The notes under the pieces are model-generated. The model had not been told where the DNA came from. It was given only the letters and a program-made list of their open reading frames with translations, and did no database searches. The position numbers were made by a program, and so were the translations under genes. Below, in pieces: positions 27,159 to 33,263 of a stretch of DNA of 33,263 nucleotides (position 1 is the first letter of the stretch; the number at the start of each line of letters is the position of its first letter). The stretch is from Firmicutes bacterium UBA4053 (GTDB lineage: Bacteria; Bacillota; Desulfotomaculia; Desulfotomaculales; Nap2-2B), in NCBI GenBank assembly GCA_002382125.1, contig DFZP01000032.1, forward strand, positions 1 to 33,263, read 5' to 3'.

Positions 27159-27675
27159 TGGATATAACGTTATTTTTGCCTGGCCAGAGCTTGAAGAATT
27201 GAAAAAAACCAGCATGGAAAATGCCCGGCTTAAACTCATTGATATTTTGATCAGCCATGCGGCATTAACCGGATTCCGGATAATCGTGGTTTTTGACGCC
27301 CACAGGGTAAAGGATGTTCAGCAGCGGGTGGAAAATGAACATGGACTAAAAGTGATCTATACGGCAGAAGGAGAAACGGCCGATACCCTGATTGAAAGGC
27401 TGGCGGGAGAGTTTTCCAGACGTTCTACCTGTGCGTTGCACGCAGACAGGGATACCGTTTATGTTGCCACTTCTGATTGGGCGGAGCAACGAATGATCTT
27501 CGGCCAGGGAGCCTATCGCATTACTCCAAAAGAGTTGTTACGATGGGTGGAACGGGTGGAAAGGGAGCCAAAGTATCATTATATAGGCGGAACGGCTGCC
27601 GACGATTACCTGGAAAACCGCTTGAAGGAAAATATACGTGCTGTTTTAGAAAAATGGCGGCGCAAAAAAAGCTAA
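27136..27675 (+). CDS. yacP: NYN/PIN-like ribonuclease YacP (Rae1 family)
   Basis: YLIVDGYNVIFAWPEL..., VVFDAH..., VYVATSDWAEQ. ATG 27136 follows GGAG (27121-27124) and overlaps the rlmB 3' end by 23 nt. Confidence 0.88.
   Translation: MGEYLIVDGYNVIFAWPELEELKKTSMENARLKLIDILISHAALTGFRIIVVFDAHRVKDVQQRVENEHGLKVIYTAEGETADTLIERLAGEFSRRSTCALHADRDTVYVATSDWAEQRMIFGQGAYRITPKELLRWVERVEREPKYHYIGGTAADDYLENRLKENIRAVLEKWRRKKS
27426..27450 (+). repeat. palindromic repeat family, copy C (shortest form), inside the yacP coding sequence
   Basis: TACCTGTGCGTTGCACGCAGACAGG, translated as STCALHADR. This is a different reading frame of the element than in cysS. Confidence 0.8.
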
Positions 27676-27689
27676 AATGTTATTTTTTC

Positions 27690-27718
27690 TTGACGCGATT
27701 TTTACCCTAAGTTATAAT
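27690..27718 (+). promoter_or_regulatory. candidate sigma-A promoter of sigH
   Basis: TTGACG (27690-27695), 17-nt spacer, TATAAT (27713-27718). Confidence 0.6.
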
Positions 27719-27789
27719 AGTCGAGGATACAACAAAACACAGCAGTTATTAACTGACTAAAAGATTAGATTTTTGGTTGGGGAGCTTGA

Positions 27790-28455
27790 TTGATAAAGCG
27801 GGGGGATACAGTGATTTCATACGCCCAGAGAGATATTGCTACCTCTTACCAGTTAATGATCGATGAAGAAGTAGTTGGATTTGCCAGGGAGGGTGATGAT
27901 AGCGCTTTAGAATACCTGATCAATAAATATAAAAATTTCGTTCGGGCCAAAGCTCGTTCCTATTTTTTGATTGGAGCCGACCGGGAAGACATCATCCAGG
28001 AAGGCATGATTGGGCTTTATAAGGCTATTCGCGACTTTCGGCTGGACAAGTTGTCATCTTTCCGTGCTTTTGCCGAATTATGCATTACGCGGCAGATCAT
28101 TACAGCCATCAAGACAGCCACACGGCAAAAACATATTCCTCTCAACTCATATATTTCCCTGAATAAGCCTGTATATGAGGAAGATTCCGACCGTACTCTT
28201 TTAGATATTATTTCCTGTGCCAAAGTGGCCGATCCGGAAGAAATGATTATTAACAGGGAAGAATATTTTGATATTGAAGAAAAAATGTGTGAAATCTTGA
28301 GCTCTTTAGAATGGAAGGTGCTCATGTCTTACCTGGAAGGCAAGTCCTACCAGGAAATTGCCGAAGACTTAAAACGCCACGTTAAATCCATTGACAATGC
28401 GCTGCAGAGGGTAAAACGCAAGCTGGAGAGGTACCTGGAAAAGCGTGAGGTATAA
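27790..28455 (+). CDS. sigH: RNA polymerase sigma factor SigH (early sporulation / transition state)
   Basis: Near-identical blocks to Bacillus SigH as I recall it: FVRAKARSYFLIGADREDIIQEGMIGLYKAIRDF, FAELCITRQIITAIKTATRQKHIPLNSY, HVKSIDNALQRVKRKLE. Start is TTG 27790 (RBS GGGGAG) or GTG 27811. Confidence 0.95.
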   Translation: MIKRGDTVISYAQRDIATSYQLMIDEEVVGFAREGDDSALEYLINKYKNFVRAKARSYFLIGADREDIIQEGMIGLYKAIRDFRLDKLSSFRAFAELCITRQIITAIKTATRQKHIPLNSYISLNKPVYEEDSDRTLLDIISCAKVADPEEMIINREEYFDIEEKMCEILSSLEWKVLMSYLEGKSYQEIAEDLKRHVKSIDNALQRVKRKLERYLEKREV

Positions 28456-28516
28456 TTGACAGAAAAAAGATCTGTAATGTCACCGGTTGGTAGAGCAAAT
28501 CCTTTTTTCTTTTCTA

Positions 28517-28549
28517 TACCTGCCTGCCTGTGCGTTGCATGCAGACAGG
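28517..28549 (+). repeat. palindromic repeat family, copy D, intergenic (sigH - crp/fnr)
   Basis: TACCTGCCTGCCTGTGCGTTGCATGCAGACAGG. Confidence 0.8.
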
Positions 28550-28640
28550 GCTATGATCATCCGAAGGAGATAACTGGGGTGAGGCTTTAAACTTCAGCTT
28601 AAAAAATTACATACAGGTGTGGGTCAGTGGCGTTTAATGC

Positions 28641-28670
28641 TTGAACATATATTCATAATATTTTTATAAT
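28641..28670 (+). promoter_or_regulatory. candidate sigma-A promoter of the Crp/Fnr-family gene
   Basis: TTGAAC (28641-28646), 18-nt spacer, TATAAT (28665-28670). Confidence 0.4.
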
Positions 28671-28724
28671 TGCAGGATAAGTAAATTGTACAACGGAAGC
28701 AAACTATCTGGAAGGAGGGTAATT

Positions 28725-29396
28725 ATGAGGCTGACAACCTATTCCGAGAGGCGGCTTAATGAGAACATACTTTCCCGGCCCGCCAGAATGACGTACAAAG
28801 CCAATACAATATTTTATAACAGAGGCGAGCAGGCATGGAAGGCTTATTATTTAGAGAAAGGCCTGGTAAAGTTATCATTGATCAGCAGGGATGGAAACCA
28901 GAGATCGCCGGTATATATTACTGCCGGCAGTATGTTTGGAGAATATGGCCTGGTAAGCAACTCTTACGGAGCAACGGCCATTGCGGTTGTGGATTGTGAG
29001 GTTGTGCCCTTCAACAAAGAGCAGTTTGCAAGATTGATAAGTGAAGATTTTATCTTTGTCCAACTTTGCATTAGTTCCCTGGTGGAAAAACTCCAGGGGG
29101 TGGTAGAACAGTATAATGCAGCAAGCTTTATGGATCGGTTCGGCAAGGTGGCCAACGGATTATCCTGCCTGGCCCGGCGGTGGGGGGAGTCTGTTTTACT
29201 AACCGGTACAGATGGTGATGTTACCGAATGCTTGAGGCTCAGGATAACTCACCAGGAATTGGCCGAGTTTTCGGGGGTTACCCGTACAACTGTCACCACT
29301 GTGTTGAGTGCCCTCGAAGCCAAGAAAATAATCCAAAAACGGGCTAAAGAAATAATCGTACTGAATTTAAAAGAGTTGGAGCGTTGGGTAATGTAA
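28725..29396 (+). CDS. Crp/Fnr-family transcriptional regulator (no N-terminal Fnr-type Cys cluster)
   Basis: cNMP-binding-like beta-roll (GSMFGEYGLV...) and C-terminal HTH ITHQELAEFSGVTRTTVTTVLSALEAKKII. ATG 28725 follows GGAGGG, while the ORF opens at TTG 28686. Confidence 0.85.
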   Translation: MRLTTYSERRLNENILSRPARMTYKANTIFYNRGEQAWKAYYLEKGLVKLSLISRDGNQRSPVYITAGSMFGEYGLVSNSYGATAIAVVDCEVVPFNKEQFARLISEDFIFVQLCISSLVEKLQGVVEQYNAASFMDRFGKVANGLSCLARRWGESVLLTGTDGDVTECLRLRITHQELAEFSGVTRTTVTTVLSALEAKKIIQKRAKEIIVLNLKELERWVM

Positions 29397-29900
29397 AAAT
29401 GTAGTCAAAAAAACATTTTCTTTGTTCCCTGGAAGACAGACAATTAAGAATATTTAAGGGATAATACCTAAAAGTAATAATTTATAATCTTAAGAAAGAT
29501 CATGTTGGGGGGTGGGCAATTTTTATTAGTTGTGCTGTTTTTTATATTGGCGGTAGTTTGCTGTCTCGCCCTCTTTCCCAGGAAAAACTGGCGCGGCTTT
29601 TTCCTGAGTCTTCTATCGGCAGGAAAGCAGAAAAGATCACCATGACAAGATAACCGGAGCACGCTGGACGGCACTTGAACGACAAGGAAGGAGTAGTTTC
29701 GCCACGCAGTTTCAAAGAATGGTAGGGTTTTATTCGGGGAGAGGTTTATCCTGGTACAAGCTTCTTTAGCTCTGCCGGAGCTTTGCGGGGTGAACACTCA
29801 GACTTATCGCCCAGAGGCTCCAACAGAGAGTAGAAAGGCTGCTATTATAGGTTGTTCTTCAGGAGGATGGTTAGTAAGTCTTAGAAACGAGGTGGTTTAA

Positions 29901-30554
29901 ATGGCCAGATGGGGCATGGTTATTGATTTAAAGAAGTGTATTGGCTGCTGGGGTTGCGTGGTGGCCTGTAAGGAAGAGCATTTTTTGCCCCGGGGGGTGT
30001 TTTGGAACAGGGTCTTAACTGGTGAGACAGGTAAGTTTCCGGCGGTTGTCAAGCAAATGTACCCAGTGCTTTGCAACCACTGCAAGGATGCGGCCTGCGT
30101 AAAGGTTTGTCCTACAGGCGCTACTTCAAAAAGAGAAGATGGCATGGTGTTGGTAGATTATGACAAATGCCTGGGATGCCGGTACTGTGTGGTAGCCTGT
30201 CCTTATCAACAGCGAACCTTTTATGACGATGACAAGGCAGAATACTACCCCGGACAGGGGCTAACCGCCTGGGAAGTCCTGGGCGGGCAGTTGTACCCGT
30301 TACAAAAAGGGACGGTGGTAAAATGTACTTTTTGCGTGGAAAGGATCGACGAAGGAATTAAGCGCGGTTTAACCCCTGGGGTCGACCGGGATGCAAGTCC
30401 TGCCTGTGTGGTTGCCTGCCCGGTGGAAGCCAGGACTTTCGGCGACCTGGACGATCCTTTCAGTAACGTGTCCCAGCTTCTTAAAGAGCGCAGAGGAAAC
30501 CAAACGCATCCGGAATTCGGCACTGATCCATCAGTGTATTATTTAAGTTATTAG
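29901..30554 (+). CDS. 4x[4Fe-4S] ferredoxin-type electron-transfer subunit of a molybdopterin oxidoreductase (DmsB/PsrB/NrfC-like)
   Basis: Four cluster motifs: CIGCWGCVVAC, CNHCKDAACVKVCP, CLGCRYCVVACP, CTFC...CVVACP. RBS GAGGTGG. Confidence 0.9.
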   Translation: MARWGMVIDLKKCIGCWGCVVACKEEHFLPRGVFWNRVLTGETGKFPAVVKQMYPVLCNHCKDAACVKVCPTGATSKREDGMVLVDYDKCLGCRYCVVACPYQQRTFYDDDKAEYYPGQGLTAWEVLGGQLYPLQKGTVVKCTFCVERIDEGIKRGLTPGVDRDASPACVVACPVEARTFGDLDDPFSNVSQLLKERRGNQTHPEFGTDPSVYYLSY

Positions 30555-30617
30555 TTTTAAAAAAACTAAAGCTTTTCTTAAATACACAACCACGTTTGCA
30601 AAAAGGGGGAATAAGTT

Positions 30618-33221
30618 ATGTTTGCGCAAAAAGAAAAGATATGGGAGGATGTGTGGATTAACTCAACCTGTGGCGTGTGCTATTGTGGCTGCGGAATCAA
30701 AGTTAGGAGGATAAACGGCATACCGGTTAAAATCGAGGGTATTCCTGGAAGCACCATGGGGGGTGAAAACGGCGGCCTCTGCGGCAAGGGTATAGCCGGC
30801 CTGATGTATTATCATGACCCCAACAGGCTAAAAAAGCCTTTAAGAAGAACTAACCCTGAAAAAGGAATAGGAGTTGACCCCAAATGGAAGGAGATTTCCT
30901 GGGAAGAAGCTTTAAGTGAAATTACAGAAAGAATGAAGAAAATCATAGCCGACGATCCAATGAAAATTATGGTCACCGGCCCCACCCAGCGGGGCAGCGA
31001 CGGCACCTATAACTGGCCCATGTTATGGTCAAGCGCTTTTGGTCAGAAAGGGCAGGGCTCTTTAAATGCAGGAGGCGGGAGCCTGCATTGCGGTAACGCT
31101 GCTCATATGATGGCAGGGTTGGTTCATGCTGCCTGGGACGTAACTCCTGACTGGAAATATACAAGATATGTGCTTAAATTCGGTACCAGCCTGGGTACCG
31201 GTTCAGGACATTCTGCCATGACGGTAGCCAGGTTAAGGGCCAAGGCAATGGAGAAGGGAGTAAAGGAAGTGGTTTTTGACCCCATGTGCAATTTTGCCGG
31301 GGGAAAGGCCACCGAATGGATATCTATTCTCCCCGGGACAGATTCAGCAGTAGTCCTGGCCATGTGCAACTATATCCTGAATGAATTAAAAGTTTATGAT
31401 GCCCCGTACTTAAAGGCCAAAACAAATCTTCCTTATCTCATTGGCGCCGATGGGCATTATATAAGAGATAAAGAATCGGGTAAACCATTGATCTTTGACG
31501 AGCGGGAGAAAAAGGCTAAGGTGTTTGACGATCCCACTTTGAAATATGATGATTGCGCGCTGGAAAGAGAATACGAAATATATGGTCAGAAGTGGCAGCC
31601 GGCATTTATGGCTTTAAAGGAACACCTTAAACAATATGAAATAGAATGGGCAGCAAAAATCAGTACGGTCCCGGCAGCCACCATCAAACGCATCGCCACC
31701 GAGTGGGTGGAAAACGCTCAGATTGGCAGCACGATTGAAATTGAGGGGAGGGTTTTCCCTTATAGACCGGTAGCTGCTTGTGTTTTTCGCGGTGGCCAGG
31801 GGCATTCCAACGGTGTCCACCAGGTGGCGGCGATAGACCTGCTTAGTGAATTGGTAGGAGCGGAGGATGTCCCTGGAGGCACTCTGGGCTGGCCTTCCAA
31901 AAGAAGAAGATATCCGGAAGGAAAGTATGAAATGCTTTCCAGCAAAGGGCCTGATGGGGTATTAATTCCTGGAGTTTTTTATGCTCATATTCCCTGGCCT
32001 CCCCACAAGCCCGAGATACCCTGTAAATCTATGGGCTGCGTAGAATTATGGGTTCATGCCACAGCCCCTCATCTTCCGTTTGTTAAAGAACGGGAAGAAA
32101 TCTGGAAGAAGCTGGGTATGAAGGCCAGGCCAGAGATGATCATTGGTCCGGCAGTCAACTTTGTTATCGACAACTGCGACTGGCAGTCAATGGTTGAGTT
32201 TTGCAAAGATGTGTTTGTGGTGCAGATGGATCTCTGGAGTAACGAAACTGATGAGGCAGTAGCAGATATAGTTCTTCCCGATCTCAGCTTTTTAGAAAGG
32301 TATGCCTGGCAGAGTGAACTTGACGCCTATTTTTTCAGCCAGAGCCCTTCTTACGAGCCCTGGTATATACACATGCAGAAACCGGTGGCCAAACCGGTAG
32401 GTGAGAGCAGGTATTATTTCGACGTTTTCATAGAACTGGCAGAAAGGCTGGGGTTCAGGGATAGGTTTAATCAGGTTATAAATGTCTATTATAAAATACA
32501 GGACGAAGAGTTGAAGATAAAGCCGGGGGAGAAACTGACCTGGTCGGAGATAGGCGAGCGCGTCCTCAAATGGGTTTATGGTAAAGATGCAGAAAAGGTA
32601 AAAGAACAGGGATACGCCACCTGGCATAAGCCTATTGAAGATGTTTACTGGCGCTGGGAGATGGATACCAGGGTCCCTGTATACATGGAGCATTTATTGG
32701 AGACCAGGGAAGAAACGGAAAGGATTTGCAAAGAAGTGGGTCTCGATCTCGACGTGAAGCAATTTACCCCCTTTGCGAGTTGGTTTTATCCTACCAGTTA
32801 CACAGAGTTGGACGATGAATACGACATGCTCGGGTTTTCCTACAGGGATGTCTTACACACCAACAATACTACCAACCAGAACCCCCTGATATCTGAGATT
32901 AGCGACTTGTGTCCTTATACCTGGACAGTAACCATGAATCCGGAGGTTGCCGGGAAGAAAGGAATTAAGGACGGGGATGTGATCCAGATGGAAAACCGGT
33001 ATGGAGTAAAAGAAAAGGGAGTGCTTAAATGTATGGAGGGACAAAACCCCAGGACCATCGGCATAGCCGGTCAGGGCGGCCTTTGGGCAAAGGGCCGGCC
33101 AATTGCCAGGGGAAAGGGAAGTAATTTCTGCAAACTCTTGCCTACTTATCTGAAGCACTATGATCCTCTTACAGGCAACACTGAGACCTCAGTGGCTTTG
33201 AAGGTGTATAAGGCAGAATAG
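30618..33221 (+). CDS. molybdopterin (bis-MGD) oxidoreductase catalytic subunit, DMSO-reductase superfamily, no Tat signal, substrate unknown
   Basis: N-terminal FS0 motif C18-x2-C21-x3-C25...C55. Molybdopterin-binding-type blocks follow (ILPGTDSAVVLAM..., a C-terminal beta-barrel-like region with DGDVIQMEN). No twin-arginine leader is present (MFAQKEKIWEDVW...). RBS AGGGGGA. Confidence 0.88.
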   Translation: MFAQKEKIWEDVWINSTCGVCYCGCGIKVRRINGIPVKIEGIPGSTMGGENGGLCGKGIAGLMYYHDPNRLKKPLRRTNPEKGIGVDPKWKEISWEEALSEITERMKKIIADDPMKIMVTGPTQRGSDGTYNWPMLWSSAFGQKGQGSLNAGGGSLHCGNAAHMMAGLVHAAWDVTPDWKYTRYVLKFGTSLGTGSGHSAMTVARLRAKAMEKGVKEVVFDPMCNFAGGKATEWISILPGTDSAVVLAMCNYILNELKVYDAPYLKAKTNLPYLIGADGHYIRDKESGKPLIFDEREKKAKVFDDPTLKYDDCALEREYEIYGQKWQPAFMALKEHLKQYEIEWAAKISTVPAATIKRIATEWVENAQIGSTIEIEGRVFPYRPVAACVFRGGQGHSNGVHQVAAIDLLSELVGAEDVPGGTLGWPSKRRRYPEGKYEMLSSKGPDGVLIPGVFYAHIPWPPHKPEIPCKSMGCVELWVHATAPHLPFVKEREEIWKKLGMKARPEMIIGPAVNFVIDNCDWQSMVEFCKDVFVVQMDLWSNETDEAVADIVLPDLSFLERYAWQSELDAYFFSQSPSYEPWYIHMQKPVAKPVGESRYYFDVFIELAERLGFRDRFNQVINVYYKIQDEELKIKPGEKLTWSEIGERVLKWVYGKDAEKVKEQGYATWHKPIEDVYWRWEMDTRVPVYMEHLLETREETERICKEVGLDLDVKQFTPFASWFYPTSYTELDDEYDMLGFSYRDVLHTNNTTNQNPLISEISDLCPYTWTVTMNPEVAGKKGIKDGDVIQMENRYGVKEKGVLKCMEGQNPRTIGIAGQGGLWAKGRPIARGKGSNFCKLLPTYLKHYDPLTGNTETSVALKVYKAE

Positions 33222-33263
33222 TAATTAACGGACAGCAAAGAAAGAAGGGGATTTAATTGCAGG

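Noticed and set aside
23702-28549. The four palindromic repeats as a CRISPR array
   Set aside because: Spacing is 1.1-1.9 kb and irregular. One copy is inverted and two are inside essential genes. No cas genes are present.
29453-29473. TTTAAGG-N7-CCTAAAA imperfect palindrome as a Crp/Fnr (or CprK-type) binding box
   Set aside because: Only 6 of 7 positions pair. It does not match TTGAT-N4-ATCAA or TTAAT-N4-ATTAA consensus. Its centre is only about 32 nt from the putative transcription start, so the spacing is wrong for class II activation.
29468-29797. 109-aa minus-strand ORF in the crp - Mo-operon intergenic region
   Set aside because: The sequence is not protein-like (basic, low complexity). 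It has no RBS and would run antisense into the regulator's 3' flank. The region is better treated as a non-coding leader.

Overview
This looks like a core chromosomal segment of a spore-forming, dissimilatory sulfite/sulfate-reducing Firmicute. The call (Peptococcaceae / Desulfotomaculum-like) rests on gene content only: dsrC, sleB/ypeB/pdaA, sigH and codY. No database search was possible. Most of the window is conserved housekeeping synteny. One block is dprA-topA-xerC-hslV-hslU-codY, followed by cysE-cysS-mrnC-rlmB-yacP-sigH. There are also murA, lepA, a five-gene tRNA cluster, and cell-wall and spore-cortex genes. The right end carries a Crp/Fnr regulator and a two-subunit (4x[4Fe-4S] + molybdopterin) oxidoreductase operon that runs to the window edge. 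The left end is the 3' part of a radical SAM/SPASM maturase. Five things are not explained by ordinary annotation. (1) A MoxR/AAA_5-type ATPase and a 574-aa HExxH + VWA(MIDAS) protein sit between sleB and ypeB, which are normally adjacent. (2) A roughly 22-34 nt imperfect-palindrome repeat family has four copies within 5 kb, two of them in-frame inside cysS and yacP and one forming a terminator-like hairpin in the cysE leader. (3) A perfect 21-bp G/C-rich hairpin with a G-quadruplex-type arm lies between dprA and topA. (4) An antitoxin plus a truncated RelE/ParE-like toxin remnant lies beside the tRNA cluster. (5) A 500-nt leader with a possible 47-aa hydrophobic small ORF precedes the Mo-enzyme operon. 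I found no CRISPR array, transposase, prophage or rRNA. Product calls come from recognising protein motifs in the supplied translations and from remembered synteny. Coordinates of motifs and repeats were counted by hand.
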